The position numbers and the translations under genes were made by a program. This document shows positions 1 to 14,967 of a stretch of 64,000 nt of DNA, piece by piece. Numbering within the stretch: position 1 is the first letter of the stretch; each line of letters opens with the position of its first letter. The stretch lies in NCBI RefSeq assembly GCF_054482595.1, contig NZ_CM137008.1; one strand, given 5' to 3'. Under the pieces are notes generated by a model. The model saw nothing but the letters and a program-made list of their open reading frames with translations. It was not told the DNA's origin and made no database searches.

Positions 1-647
1 TCTACACCAACAATCTGGTTTAATTCGCTCACCAGTTGATCGCGTTGATCCAGCAGATTGTTAGGTGACGCCCCTGCCCCCACGCCTGTCAGACGCGAGA
101 TTTGATCGTTCAGGCTGGCAATTTGTTTAGCGTAATTGTTGATCTGATCAACGCTGGCACCTATCGCGATATTGACCTGTTTGTCCTGGTCGCGAAGATA
201 CTGATCGGTGGTTTTAAACTGATTCACCAACCCTTCTGATTTCCCAATCAGCGCCTGGCGCGCTGCCGGGTCTTCCGCGTTACTCACCAGCGTTTGCAGG
301 CTGGTGAAGAAATCCTGCATCTGTGTTGCCAGCGAAGAGGTACTGGTGGAGAGCATATTGTCGATTTTCGACATCTGCTCATAGCGGGCAGTCAGGCCGC
401 TACTTTGCGTCTGCGCCGCACGTAACTGGTTGGTAATAAACGCATCATACTCACGCTGCACACCAGAAACGTAGACACCATTGCCAACCCAGCCGCCAGC
501 GCCCAACGTGCTATTGGCCTGCGCCATAATAGTGGTTTGGCGGGTATATCCTGCAACGTTATAGCTGGAGATATTATTACTTGCTGTATTTAACGCCGCC
601 TGGGCCGCGTTCAGTCCGCTCATGGCGTTATTGATCAAGCTGGACAT
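1..647 (-). CDS. flgK: Flagellar hook-associated protein 1 FlgK, N-terminal 215 codons only (3' end lies beyond window start)
   Basis: Minus-strand ATG at 647 reads MSSLINNAMSGLNAAQ; lies directly downstream of flgJ in flg operon order. Confidence 0.9.
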   Translation of the reverse strand, partial: MSSLINNAMSGLNAAQAALNTASNNISSYNVAGYTRQTTIMAQANSTLGAGGWVGNGVYVSGVQREYDAFITNQLRAAQTQSSGLTARYEQMSKIDNMLSTSTSSLATQMQDFFTSLQTLVSNAEDPAARQALIGKSEGLVNQFKTTDQYLRDQDKQVNIAIGASVDQINNYAKQIASLNDQISRLTGVGAGASPNNLLDQRDQLVSELNQIVGV

Positions 648-680
648 GGAGGTTCCTTATAAGCCTTCAATTACAGAGTA

Positions 681-707
681 TTATCGGCAGCACCCCGCCG
701 GACTTGA
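681..707 (-). promoter_or_regulatory. Putative sigma-28 (class 3) promoter for flgKL
   Basis: Minus strand reads TCAAGTCC-N11-GCCGATAA about 35 nt upstream of flgK ATG; -10 matches FliA consensus GCCGATAA exactly, -35 partial. Confidence 0.5.
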
Positions 708-712
708 GTTAT

Positions 713-1654
713 TCAGAACAGATTATCAATGTTCATACTGTAGGTTTTGCTCACCTTGTCGCTTATCGATTTCATCTGCTGAATCATGTTGGTGAGTTTA
801 CGGGCATAGTGAGGATCGGTGGCATAGCCCGCGTCCTGTAGGGCCTGCGCCCCCTGTTCCGCACTCGCGGCGGTCGTCACGGCAGCGTAGCGCGGGTTAC
901 GTGTTAACAGCCCAACGTAATCCGACAATGCTTCCAGATACGAGCTGTAGACCCGAAACTTCACTTTTACTTTCTTCGCTTCGCCGTTTTCATATTCAGT
1001 CGTGGTAATTTCAGTGACTGGCCCTTTCCAGTTGCCAGAGGCTTTGACACCAAACAGGTTATAGCTCGGTTCGCCGTTTTCGCGGCGGATTTGTCGTTGC
1101 CCCCAGCCAGATTCCAGCGCCGCCTGAGCGAGGATCAAATGATGTGGCACACCGCTTTGCTGGCTTGCCAGTTGGGCGGGCAGCGAGAGTTGCGCGAGGA
1201 ATGCTTTACTGTCACCCGGCAGCGAATCATCGTAGTTACGTGGCACGGCCTTTTGCACCAGCTGCGAAAGCGCCTGATTTTGATAACGCACCACGGTTTC
1301 GAGCGGGAATTTCATCGGTGCTGCTGGCGTGGACTCCTCTGGCAATGGTTGTTCTGGCGTCATCTGCTTAACCATCATCTCTGCAAGCCCCAGACCTTTG
1401 CCCGCCGTCATCTGTTGGGCAATCTGCTGGTCATACATACTGGTATACAGGCGAGTGTGCTCGCTGCTGAACAGGCCATCTTTTGGTAAAGCGTCGCGCA
1501 TGCTTTTCAACATCATCTGCACGAACATCCCTTCCACCTGACGGGCCACCGGACGGATATTTGCCGCCGGATCTTCGCTCGCTTTCGCCTTTAGTTCGTT
1601 GAGTGATTGCGCATCCCAGGCCGCACTTGCCAGTAGTTTGCTGTCGCTGATCAT
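713..1654 (-). CDS. flgJ: Flagellar rod assembly protein / peptidoglycan hydrolase FlgJ (313 aa)
   Basis: ORF track protein matches FlgJ from [16 protein letters not shown]; start chosen at second Met (ATGA overlap with flgI stop). Confidence 0.95.
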   Translation of the reverse strand: MISDSKLLASAAWDAQSLNELKAKASEDPAANIRPVARQVEGMFVQMMLKSMRDALPKDGLFSSEHTRLYTSMYDQQIAQQMTAGKGLGLAEMMVKQMTPEQPLPEESTPAAPMKFPLETVVRYQNQALSQLVQKAVPRNYDDSLPGDSKAFLAQLSLPAQLASQQSGVPHHLILAQAALESGWGQRQIRRENGEPSYNLFGVKASGNWKGPVTEITTTEYENGEAKKVKVKFRVYSSYLEALSDYVGLLTRNPRYAAVTTAASAEQGAQALQDAGYATDPHYARKLTNMIQQMKSISDKVSKTYSMNIDNLF

Positions 1655-2754
1655 CAGATGATTTCCAGTTTTGCCCGCAGACATCCCGCACTTTGCATTG
1701 ATTGCAAAATAGACATCAGATCCATCGGCGTAGCGCCCAGCGCATTGAGCGCACGCACCACGTTATTGAGGCTGGCGCTGGAACGTACGCTTTGCAGCGA
1801 ACCGCCGCTCTGGCGTAAATCGATCTGCGTTTGTGGCGTTACCACGGTCTGTCCGCCACCAAACGGTGTATCTGGTTGGCTGACATTGGCCTGACGATTT
1901 ACCGTAACTGAGAGATTCCCCTGCGCTACCGCGCAGCTGTCGAGGGTCACTTCGCGATTCATCACCACCGAACCGGTGCGCGAGTTAATCACTACTTTAG
2001 CGTCCTGCGGGGTGACATTAACCTGCATATTCTGGATATCTGCAAGGAAACGGACCTGGGAACTGTTGCCACTTGGTACGCGCACCTGAATAGTCCGCGC
2101 ATCCAACGCGGTGGCGCTGCCATATCCACGCACTCGGTTGATGGTGTCAGCGATTTGCTGCGCCATGCTGAAATCTTCGTCGTTAAGTTGCAAATTAAGG
2201 GTATTCCCGACGCCAAACTGGCTGGGCAATTCACGTTCAATAACCGCACCATTGGTGATCCGTCCACCATTCAGTTGGTTCACCTGAACACTGCTACCGC
2301 CAGCGGAGGCTCCTGCGCCGCCAACCAGAATATTGCCCTGCGCCAGCGCATACACCTGACTGTCAACGCCCTTAAGCGGAGTCATCAACAATGTGCCGCC
2401 ACGCAGGCTTTTGGCATTTCCCATGGAAGAAACCACCACGTCAATGGTTTGCCCCTGACGTCCAAACGGTGGAAGTGACGCCGTCACCATTACCGCAGCA
2501 ACGTTTTTTAGCTGCATATTGGTGCCCGTCGGAACGGTAATTCCCAGCTGTGAGAGCATGTTATTAAGCGTTTGTGTGGTAAACGGCGTCTGGGTTGTCT
2601 GGTCACCGGTGCCATCCAGCCCCACTACCAGGCCATAGCCAATCAGTGAGTTTTGCCTTACCCCCTGAACACTGGTGAGATCGCGAATACGCTCAGCCTG
2701 AGCCGCCGTCGTAACCAGTAGAAGAATTAATGCAGAGAGAAATTTAATCACCAC
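1654..2754 (-). CDS. flgI: Flagellar P-ring protein FlgI
   Basis: ORF translation M(V)[24 protein letters not shown]; signal peptide; operon position. Start may be the GTG 3 nt downstream. Confidence 0.95.
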
Positions 2755-2762
2755 AGCCTCAC

Positions 2763-3461
2763 TTACATTGGCGACAGGTTAAGGAAGAAACGCTGCAACC
2801 AGCCCATATTTTGCGCTTCGTTAATGTAGCCATTGCCTACGTATTCAATGCGCGCATCCGCCACCTGAGTAGACGGTACGGTATTGCTGCCGCTGATAGT
2901 GCGTGGATTAACCACGCCAGAGAAGCGAATAAATTCGGTACCCTGATTAATGGCAATCTGTTTTTCACCCACCACATGCAGATTGCCGTTGACCAGTACC
3001 TGGTCAACCGTCACCGTCAACGTGCCGCTAAAGGTATTGCTGGCATTGGCCCCGCCTTTTCCGTTGAACGTGTTACCACCGGAGGCTTCGACATCGGCAC
3101 GAGCGTTACCAAACAGCCCCTGCAAATAGCGCGGCACAGTATCAAAGCCAAAATTAGTTTTACCGTCACGGCTGGCATTCGCAGAGGAGCTTTTGCTGGC
3201 GCTGACGTTCTCCTGCAACACGATGGTCAGCGTATCGCCAATATTGCGTGGTCGACGATCTTCAAACAGCGGTTGATAGCCATAGTTAATCGGCTGAGCA
3301 GACTGGAAAATAGAACCGTTGGCGACGGGCGTCGGACCGGGAACCGGTTGTGCACTGGTCGCCCCCTGCACCAGCGGCGTGGAGGGTATCCAGGCGCAGC
3401 CGGTTAGTGAAAGCACCAACAAGCTGGAAATGGCATAAGTATGCGCAGCGTTTTTTTGCAT
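2763..3461 (-). CDS. flgH: Flagellar L-ring lipoprotein FlgH (232 aa)
   Basis: Translation [22 protein letters not shown] with lipobox; ORF track begins 5 codons upstream at 3476. Confidence 0.93.
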
Positions 3462-3513
3462 GGCTATCATCTTCAAAAATCAATAAACCGGTGAACCTGC
3501 CACCGGTTATGCC

Positions 3514-4314
<801 letters not shown>

Positions 4315-4341
4315 TTAGTGACAAAGTGCATATGTCTTCTT

Positions 4342-4376
<35 letters not shown>

Positions 4377-4467
4377 AGAGCTCGCAAAATCGATAAATTG
4401 CGATTGCCCCCATAGACCCGATAAACTTGCGCATCGGGCAACTTATACTTGTCATGTATCCTTTCAA

Positions 4468-5223
4468 TTAACTCATCGACAGCAGTTGGTTGGCACGGCC
4501 TGCGTTATCATCGACGCTGCTGATCACCTTCATCTGCATTTCAAAACGCCGCGCGCTGGCAATCATGTCGCTCATTGCCGCAACGGCATTGACATTACTG
4601 CCTTCCAGAACCCCCGACATCACACGCAAGGTTGGATCTGCCTGCAGTACCGGTCCACGTGTAGCCTGGCTTTCTGCGCTTAAACGAAAAATGCCGTCGT
4701 CACCGCGCTGGACTTCGCTGCCCGTGGCTTTCACCAGCTTCAGACGCCCCACTGGCGCAACCGTATTTGCCGGATCGCCCGGATTGAGCGCCGAGATTGT
4801 GCCATCGGCAGCAATCGTGATTTCCGCCCCTTCCGGCACAGCAATTGGCCCCGCCTCGCCTATCACCGGATGCCCCTGAATTGTCAGTTGCCCGGTGGGA
4901 TCAACCTGAATGCTGCCATTACGCGTATACCCTTCGCTGCCGTCAGCGGTCTGCACGGCCAGCCAGCCATCCTGCTGCAACGCAACGTCCAGCGGGCGCG
5001 AGGTGTAATCCATCTTGCCGGGCGTCATGTCTGCACCCGGTGTTGACGCCGTTACCAACGTGCGCGTAGGCAGTGAAAGCCCTTCCACCGGCACTGCGCG
5101 CAAGGCGTTTAACTGCGCACGAAAACCGGGCGTAGAGGCATTGGCCAGATTACTGGCGGTTACCGCCTGTTGATTCAGCGTCTGGCTGGCTGCACCCATC
5201 GCAGTATAAATTGCGTGATCCAT
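4468..5223 (-). CDS. flgF: Flagellar proximal rod protein FlgF (251 aa)
   Basis: ORF translation MDHAIYTAMGAASQTLNQQAVTASNLANAST. Confidence 0.96.
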   Translation of the reverse strand: MDHAIYTAMGAASQTLNQQAVTASNLANASTPGFRAQLNALRAVPVEGLSLPTRTLVTASTPGADMTPGKMDYTSRPLDVALQQDGWLAVQTADGSEGYTRNGSIQVDPTGQLTIQGHPVIGEAGPIAVPEGAEITIAADGTISALNPGDPANTVAPVGRLKLVKATGSEVQRGDDGIFRLSAESQATRGPVLQADPTLRVMSGVLEGSNVNAVAAMSDMIASARRFEMQMKVISSVDDNAGRANQLLSMS

Positions 5224-5242
5224 TGAGCTATCCCGTCAGCGA

Positions 5243-6448
5243 TTAGCGTAAGTTAACCAGCGTGTTGAGGATCTGGTCCTGGGTTTTGATGGTCTGGGCG
5301 TTAGACTGATAGTTACGCTGGGCAACGATCATATTGACCAGTTCTTTACTGAGATCGACGTTGGACGCTTCCAGCGCACCGTTGGTCAGGGTGCCAAAGT
5401 TGCCCGTCCCGGCTGTCCCCAACAGCGCCACGCCAGAAGATTGCGTCGCAGACCAGACGTTGTCGCCTTCGGATGCCAGACCTTCGTTGTTGGCAAAGTT
5501 CGCCAGTACAATCTGCCCCAGCAGTTGGGTTTGTTCGTTGGAATAGTTGCCGACAACCGTACCGTCATCATTGATTTGATAACTCACGAGATCGCCCGGT
5601 TTGTAGCCGTTCTGGGTGGTTGCCACAATGTTGTTAGCGCCGGTATTTTGCTGCATGGAGTTGAGGAAGCTCAGGCTAAACGTGGCGGGATCTGCGCCGT
5701 TAATTGCGCCAGTGGTAATATTCTCTGTTGGATTTGAGGTCAGAACGCCATTGGAATTAAACACCAGCGTCATTGCATGGTCAGCTGTGCCTGTTGGATC
5801 ACTGCTATCCTGGGTGTAGACCTCCCAGTTATTATCCCCGGTCTTCACAAAGTACACGCTCATGTCATGAGCATTACCCTGACTATCGAAAACAGTCACC
5901 GAACCTTTTTTGTTATAGCTATCCGCATTGCTGGCATCAAATGCGTTAACAGAGGGAAGCGGATCGCTGGAATTCAGGTTGATCTGCATCGACGCCGTGG
6001 TGGTAGTTTTCGCTGCCATCAGGGTATTCGGGATCGAAATGTTAGTCGGATTCGCCCCTTGCTGAATAGTTGGCGGCGTACCGGTTGCCGGGTAACCCGT
6101 CAGCTGTAAACCTTGCATATTCACCAGGTTACGGTTTTCATCCAGCTTAAATTGTCCGTTACGGCTGTAGAACACCGAACCGTTGCTGTCTACCAGACGG
6201 AAAAAACCGTTCTGGCTGATAGCAACGTCCAGACCTCGCCCGGTGTTGGTGGTCGTGCCATCGGTAAAGTCCTGAGTGATACCGGCAACCTTTACCCCCA
6301 GTCCCACTTTCGAACCGGCAAACATATCGGCAAAAGAGGCCGTGCCTGATTTAAAGCCGTAGGTGGCGGAGTTGGCGATATTGTTGCCAATAACATCGAG
6401 GTTGGTGGCGGCAGCGTTTAATCCGCTAACCGCTTGAGAAAAGGCCAT
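5243..6448 (-). CDS. flgE: Flagellar hook protein FlgE (401 aa)
   Basis: ORF translation MAFSQAVSGLNAAATNLDVIGNNIANSATYGFK. Confidence 0.96.
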   Translation of the reverse strand: MAFSQAVSGLNAAATNLDVIGNNIANSATYGFKSGTASFADMFAGSKVGLGVKVAGITQDFTDGTTTNTGRGLDVAISQNGFFRLVDSNGSVFYSRNGQFKLDENRNLVNMQGLQLTGYPATGTPPTIQQGANPTNISIPNTLMAAKTTTTASMQINLNSSDPLPSVNAFDASNADSYNKKGSVTVFDSQGNAHDMSVYFVKTGDNNWEVYTQDSSDPTGTADHAMTLVFNSNGVLTSNPTENITTGAINGADPATFSLSFLNSMQQNTGANNIVATTQNGYKPGDLVSYQINDDGTVVGNYSNEQTQLLGQIVLANFANNEGLASEGDNVWSATQSSGVALLGTAGTGNFGTLTNGALEASNVDLSKELVNMIVAQRNYQSNAQTIKTQDQILNTLVNLR

Positions 6449-6472
6449 GACTGACTCCTGAAATGTGAAGGC

Positions 6473-7168
6473 TTAAATTATCTGCCGTACTTCGTCGAGG
6501 GTGGTGGTGCCGTAAGTGCCGAGATCCAGCGTATTACCGTTGTTGCCGCGGATCACACCCTGCACCAGAGCAAACTGCAGCGGCTGGGCAACCAGTTGTG
6601 TACCACCGTTACTGGCGCTAATCGCTACGTTGTAAGAACCGTTCGGCGCAGTGCTGCCGTCAGTCAACGTACCGTCCCAGGTGAAACTGTGGACTCCGGC
6701 GGTCAGTTCACCAATATCAATGGTGCGCACAACCGCGCCATTTTTATCGGTGATGGTGGCCGTAACTTTGTCTGCCGCCTGTTGCAGCTCAACACCAAAC
6801 GGCGTGGTCGTGGTCACAGCCCCTTCTTCACTGCCGGTTCCCGCAAGAACAGTGGTGCCGGGGATCATCACGCCGTGACCGATCAGGTTACTGGCCTGTA
6901 ACGACTGGCTGTTATCAATCTGTCCGGAAATAGATCCGAGCGTGGTATTGAGTTTTTCAATCCCGCTGACCGTGCTGATTTGTGCCAATTGCGACGTCAG
7001 CTCGTTGTTTTCCATTGGATTGGTCGGGTCCTGGTTTTTCAGCTGCGCCACCAACAAAGTCAGAAAACTGCTTTGTAAATCTGCGGCGTTGCTGCCCGTG
7101 AGCGAACTACTGCTGGTGGTACTGACGCCGGTATTTGTCGGATCGGTGGTGGTTACCGCAATGGACAT
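6473..7168 (-). CDS. flgD: Flagellar hook capping/assembly protein FlgD (231 aa)
   Basis: ORF translation MSIAVTTTDPTNTGV...; operon position. Confidence 0.95.
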   Translation of the reverse strand: MSIAVTTTDPTNTGVSTTSSSSLTGSNAADLQSSFLTLLVAQLKNQDPTNPMENNELTSQLAQISTVSGIEKLNTTLGSISGQIDNSQSLQASNLIGHGVMIPGTTVLAGTGSEEGAVTTTTPFGVELQQAADKVTATITDKNGAVVRTIDIGELTAGVHSFTWDGTLTDGSTAPNGSYNVAISASNGGTQLVAQPLQFALVQGVIRGNNGNTLDLGTYGTTTLDEVRQII

Positions 7169-7179
7169 AGCTTTCTCCT

Positions 7180-7584
7180 TTATTGACCGAGCGTAAGGGT
7201 TTTCAGCATCATGCTTTTCACCGTGTTGAGCACTTCAACATTGGCCTGATAGCTGCGTGACGCCGACATGGTGTTAACCATCTCTCCGACAACATCAACG
7301 TTCGGCATTTTTACGTAGCCCTTTGCATCCGCCAGCGGATTACCCGGTTCATAAACCAGTTTGTCCGGGGCCTGACTTTCTATAACATCGGCAACCTTTA
7401 CGCCGCCTGTCGCAGCACCTGGTGCAGCGTTAACCTGGAATACCACCTGTTTTGCCCGATATGGCTGTCCATCGGGACCGGTCACGCTATCAGCATTCGC
7501 CAGATTACTGGCCGCCACGTTCAGGCGCTGGGACTGGGCAGTTAACGCCGATCCGGCGATATCAAAAATATTCAGCAGTGCCAT
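7180..7584 (-). CDS. flgC: Flagellar proximal rod protein FlgC (134 aa)
   Basis: ORF translation [33 protein letters not shown]. Confidence 0.96.
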
Positions 7585-7587
7585 CCG

Positions 7588-8004
7588 TTAATTTCCGCTC
7601 TGTAAAACGTTCATCATGCCTTTGATTTGCCCGCTCAACGCACTAAGGCTCATCTGGTATTGCAGGCTGTTATCGGCAAACTGGGTGCGTTCGCGATCCA
7701 TATCGACGGTATTACCGTCAAGCGAAGGCTGGTCCGGAATACGGTATTGCAGTTCTGCGGTAGGAGGCGTCAGCGCCTGCGCCGGAATGTGTTGCGTTGA
7801 GGTCATCGTCAGAGCAACCACACTGGTTGCATCCCGTCCACGTTGCATGACTTTTTTAAGTTCACTGGCAAAATCGATATCGCGCGCCTGATAACCAGGG
7901 GTATCGGCATTGGCGATGTTTGCTGCCAGCACTTCCTGACGCTGGGCGCGCAGATTGAGCGCCTCTTGTTGAAAACGTAAGGCGGCGTCGAGCTTATCGA
8001 GCAT
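7588..8004 (-). CDS. flgB: Flagellar proximal rod protein FlgB (138 aa)
   Basis: ORF translation [38 protein letters not shown]. Confidence 0.96.
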
Positions 8005-8158
8005 ATCTCCTCCGCAGGTATCAAAATTCTGCCATCAGCTTAAATGCCTTTACGCGCGCGTTATCGACGGAATAAACGCAAAATGGGTCGCTATTTATGC
8101 CGTTGATGGTCATTGCGGACAGGTACAATTCACGTTGTAGAAATGGCTGGGGGCGAAA
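8005..8158. promoter_or_regulatory. Divergent flgB / flgA class 2 flagellar promoter region (FlhDC-dependent)
   Basis: 154-bp divergent intergenic region between flgB (minus) and flgA (plus); assigned from known operon organisation, individual sites not resolved. Confidence 0.5.
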
Positions 8159-8818
8159 ATGCTGACAATAAAACGTAGCGTGGCGATCATCGCGATACTG
8201 TTCAGTCCGTTAAGTGCGGCGAGCAATCTCACATCGCAATTGCAAACCTTTTTTAGCTCCCAGCTCGCAGGGATAAGTGATGAGGTTCGTGTTTCTATTC
8301 GTACAGCGCCCAATCTACTACCGCCGTGCGAGCAGCCATTGCTTTCGATGAGCAATAATTCCCGCTTGTGGGGCAATGTGAATGTGTTGGCACGCTGCGG
8401 TAACGACAAACGATATTTACAGGTTAATGTGCAGGCCACAGGAAATTATGTGGTTGCCGCGATGCCCATTGTGCGAGGAGGAAAGCTGGGAGCTGGCAAT
8501 GTCAAACTGAAACGCGGACGGCTGGATACCCTGCCGCCGCGTACGGTGCTGGATATCAATCAACTTGTTGATGCCGTTAGCCTGCGCGATCTATCACCCG
8601 ATCAACCTATCCAGTTAACCCAGTTTCGCCAGGCATGGCGGGTAAAAGCGGGACAACGCGTCAACGTGATCGCCAGCGGTGATGGGTTTAGCGCCAACGC
8701 AGAAGGTCAGGCGCTGAACAATGCAGCCGTCGCACAGAATGCGCGGGTGCGCATGGTATCTGGACAGGTAGTCAGCGGCGTTGTTGATGCAGATGGGAAT
8801 ATTCTTATAAACCTGTAA
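8159..8818 (+). CDS. flgA: Flagellar P-ring formation chaperone FlgA (219 aa)
   Basis: ORF translation MLTIKRSVAIIAILFSPLSAASNLTSQ; signal peptide. Confidence 0.95.
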   Translation: MLTIKRSVAIIAILFSPLSAASNLTSQLQTFFSSQLAGISDEVRVSIRTAPNLLPPCEQPLLSMSNNSRLWGNVNVLARCGNDKRYLQVNVQATGNYVVAAMPIVRGGKLGAGNVKLKRGRLDTLPPRTVLDINQLVDAVSLRDLSPDQPIQLTQFRQAWRVKAGQRVNVIASGDGFSANAEGQALNNAAVAQNARVRMVSGQVVSGVVDADGNILINL

Positions 8819-8823
8819 GCTGT

Positions 8824-8850
8824 TAAAGATTACCCGTCCCTTGCCGATAA
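8824..8850 (+). promoter_or_regulatory. Sigma-28 (FliA) class 3 promoter for flgMN
   Basis: TAAAGATT-N11-GCCGATAA, near-perfect match to consensus TAAAGTTT-N11-GCCGATAA, 44 nt upstream of flgM ATG. Confidence 0.75.
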
Positions 8851-8893
8851 ATAAGCAACACATGATAAAAGCGCCCTCAATGAGGAATAAACC

Positions 8894-9187
8894 ATGAGTA
8901 TTGATCGCACTTCGCCTCTGAAGCCCGTAAGCACCGTTCAACCGCGCGAAACCACTGACGCGCCGGTAACGAACACCCGGGCGGCAAAAACAACAGCATC
9001 CACCAGCACCAGTGTGACGTTAAGCGACGCGCAAGCAAAACTGATGCAACCCGGCAGCAGTGATATCAATCTTGAACGTGTCGAAGCGTTAAAACTGGCG
9101 ATTCGTAACGGTGAACTAAAAATGGACACCGGCAAAATTGCCGATGCGCTGATCAACGAAGCGCAGCAAGACTTGCAGAGTAACTGA
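8894..9187 (+). CDS. flgM: Anti-sigma-28 factor FlgM (97 aa)
   Basis: ORF translation [25 protein letters not shown]. Confidence 0.95.
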   Translation: MSIDRTSPLKPVSTVQPRETTDAPVTNTRAAKTTASTSTSVTLSDAQAKLMQPGSSDINLERVEALKLAIRNGELKMDTGKIADALINEAQQDLQSN

Positions 9188-9191
9188 TCGT

Positions 9192-9608
9192 ATGACACGT
9201 CTTGCAGAGATCCTCGACCAGATGTCCGCTGTGCTTAACGATCTCAAAACGGTAATGGATCAAGAGCAGCAACATCTCTCTATGGGGCAGATCAACGGCA
9301 GCCAGTTGCAATGGATTACAGAACAAAAAAGCTCACTGCTGGCAACGTTGGATTACCTCGAACAGTTACGCAGGAAAGAACCCAATACAGCAAATAGCGT
9401 TGATATTAGTCAACGCTGGCAGGAAATTGCTGTGAAAACGCAGCAACTACGCCAAATGAATCAACATAACGGCTGGTTACTGGAAGGACAGATTGAGCGC
9501 AATCAACAGGCGCTGGAAATGTTGAAACCGCATCAGGAACCGACGCTATATGGGGCGAACGGTCAGACCTCAACAACCCATCGCGGCTGTAAAAAGATTT
9601 CGATCTGA
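9192..9608 (+). CDS. flgN: Flagellar export chaperone FlgN (138 aa)
   Basis: ORF translation MTRLAEILDQMSAVLNDLKTVMDQEQQHLS. Confidence 0.95.
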   Translation: MTRLAEILDQMSAVLNDLKTVMDQEQQHLSMGQINGSQLQWITEQKSSLLATLDYLEQLRRKEPNTANSVDISQRWQEIAVKTQQLRQMNQHNGWLLEGQIERNQQALEMLKPHQEPTLYGANGQTSTTHRGCKKISI

Positions 9609-9617
9609 AGATTATCT

Positions 9618-9638
9618 CCGGCCTGCACTGCAGGCCGG
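9618..9638. terminator. Palindromic hairpin between convergent flgN and murJ
   Basis: Perfect palindrome CCGGCCTGCA-c-TGCAGGCCGG between the two stop codons; flanking U-tracts weak. Confidence 0.4.
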
Positions 9639-9647
9639 AATGCATTG

Positions 9648-11270
<1,623 letters not shown>

Positions 11271-11292
11271 CTACCGCCAGATGTTACAGGGT

Positions 11293-12216
11293 TTATTCAC
11301 TCATCGCATCGCGCCAGATCTTGTCAACGATACGTTGCGCCAGCACGGCCTGTTCGCCGGCGGTTTGCGGAACTGTCTGATTTTGCACACATTCAATGAA
11401 GTGCCGCGCACAGCCGACAAATCCACGTTGCTCAAGCGTGCTCTGCCAACCAGGAATCGGTTTATTCACTACACCCTGCCCACGCTCCTCACGCCATTCG
11501 CGCATTTCCGTAATGTCGATGAGCGCACCGTCAGTCACGGCCTGCACGGTTTCACGCTGACTTCCGGCACGGCGATGCATACAGGTGGTGATCTGCAAAG
11601 GACCGGCCGAAAAATGGTGCTCGGCAAACAGCATTTCGCCAGCGTCGTTAGTCAGTAGCGTACCGCCATCCAGAGAGGCTTTGCCGCCCGACAACCACAG
11701 CGCGGTATCCACCACATGCAGATAATCATCCAGCAACGTGAAATAAAGATCGTGTGGCCCGACGCTATTGCTACGATGTTTATCCATTCTTAGCGAGGCT
11801 GCGGTGGCGAGTTGCGTTTTTAACTCACCGTAGAGTGGTGCGAAACGACGGTTAAAACCGACCATCAACGTCAGTTTTTTCCGCGCCGCCAGTTCCACCA
11901 GCCGTTCAGCATCGCGCAGATTTTCTGCCAGCGGTTTATCGACACAGACATGTACCCCCGCATTGAGTAACGTACTGACCACGTCAAAGTGACTGGCGGT
12001 GCTGGAATGTACAAAAACCGCATCGCAACTGGCGGCAAGGCTGGATAACGAATCGGCATAAGGAATGCGCCAGCTTTCACAAATTGGCAGGGCTTTCGCG
12101 CGCGTAGGCGACCAGGCTCCTTGTAACGTCCAGTCAGACGCTGCCGCCAGCACCGGTAACCACGCTTTTTGCGCAATGCCGCCTAATCCCACTACGCCGA
12201 TACGTAATTTTTTCAC
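11293..12216 (-). CDS. yceM: Putative NAD-dependent oxidoreductase YceM (MviM), 307 aa
   Basis: Translation (M)KKLRIGVVGLGGIAQKAWLP from GTG at 12216 preceded by GGGAGA Shine-Dalgarno; Rossmann GxGxxA motif. Confidence 0.9.
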   Translation of the reverse strand: MKKLRIGVVGLGGIAQKAWLPVLAAASDWTLQGAWSPTRAKALPICESWRIPYADSLSSLAASCDAVFVHSSTASHFDVVSTLLNAGVHVCVDKPLAENLRDAERLVELAARKKLTLMVGFNRRFAPLYGELKTQLATAASLRMDKHRSNSVGPHDLYFTLLDDYLHVVDTALWLSGGKASLDGGTLLTNDAGEMLFAEHHFSAGPLQITTCMHRRAGSQRETVQAVTDGALIDITEMREWREERGQGVVNKPIPGWQSTLEQRGFVGCARHFIECVQNQTVPQTAGEQAVLAQRIVDKIWRDAMSE

Positions 12217-12217
12217 T

Positions 12218-13460
<1,243 letters not shown>

Positions 13461-13695
13461 TCTATACCTACTCCTTCCCGTAACGTCTTTAATACGCTGT
13501 AAGTATTACTATACCTGCGCAACCAGACCCTGTGAAAAGTCCAAAATGCCATTTTCTGCATTATTCACATATTTGATAAAAACTCTCTATCAAAGCGACG
13601 TTTTGATAAAAAAATATTGTCCCCGAAGTGATGGGAAAAGTCTTAGCGGCAATGCAGAATAGAAAGTGCTCATCTTTTATTTCCCGGGAGGGGAA

Positions 13696-14904
13696 ATGTC
13701 CCGCGTGTCGCAGGCGAGGAACCTGGGTAAATATTTCCTGCTCATCGATAATATGCTGGTCGTGCTGGGGTTCTTTGTTGTCTTCCCTCTGATCTCTATC
13801 CGCTTCGTTGATCAAATGGGCTGGGCCGCCGTCATGGTCGGTATTGCTCTCGGTCTACGCCAGTTTATTCAGCAAGGTCTGGGTATTTTCGGCGGCGCAA
13901 TTGCCGACCGCTTTGGTGCCAAACCGATGATTGTTACCGGTATGCTGATGCGCGCCGCCGGATTCGCCACAATGGGTATCGCCCACGAACCGTGGCTATT
14001 GTGGTTTTCATGCCTGCTCTCGGGACTCGGCGGCACGTTGTTTGATCCGCCGCGTTCGGCGCTGGTGGTGAAACTAATCCGTCCACAACAGCGTGGTCGT
14101 TTTTTCTCGCTGTTGATGATGCAGGACAGTGCCGGTGCAGTCATTGGCGCATTGTTGGGGAGCTGGCTGTTGCAATACGACTTTCGCCTGGTCTGCGCCA
14201 CAGGGGCAGTTCTATTTGTGCTATGTGCGGCGTTCAATGCGTGGTTGTTACCAGCATGGAAACTCTCCACCGTACGCACGCCCGTTCGCGAAGGCATGAC
14301 CCGCGTGATGCGTGACAAGCGTTTTGTCACCTATGTCCTGACGCTGGCGGGTTACTACATGCTGGCTGTACAAGTGATGCTGATGCTGCCAATTATGGTC
14401 AACGACGTGGCTGGCGCGCCCTCTGCCGTTAAATGGATGTATGCCATTGAAGCGTGTCTGTCGTTAACGTTGCTCTACCCTATCGCCCGCTGGAGTGAAA
14501 AGCATTTTCGTCTGGAACACCGGTTGATGGCTGGGCTGTTGATAATGTCATTAAGCATGATGCCGGTGGGCATGGTCAGCGGCCTGCAACAACTTTTTAC
14601 CCTGATTTGTCTGTTTTATATCGGGTCGATCATTGCCGAGCCTGCGCGTGAAACCTTAAGTGCTTCGCTGGCGGACGCAAGAGCTCGCGGCAGCTATATG
14701 GGGTTTAGCCGTCTGGGTCTGGCGATTGGTGGCGCTATTGGTTATATCGGTGGCGGCTGGCTGTTTGACCTGGGCAAATCGGCGCACCAACCAGAGCTTC
14801 CGTGGATGATGCTGGGCATTATTGGCATCTTCACTTTCCTTGCGCTGGGCTGGCAGTTTAGCCAGAAACGCGCCGCGCGTCGTTTGCTGGAACGCGACGC
14901 TTGA
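13696..14904 (+). CDS. mdtH: MFS multidrug efflux transporter MdtH (402 aa)
   Basis: Translation from ATG 13696 [32 protein letters not shown] track extends 10 codons upstream. Confidence 0.95.
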
Positions 14905-14967
14905 TTTGATACTCCCCCCTGACTCCTCCATACTGAAAGTGAACTGACAGCCAAATGGAGGAGTCAC

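Noticed and set aside
13869-14330. 153-aa minus-strand ORF inside mdtH
   Set aside because: Antisense to mdtH; Arg/Pro/Ser-rich low-complexity translation typical of spurious frames.
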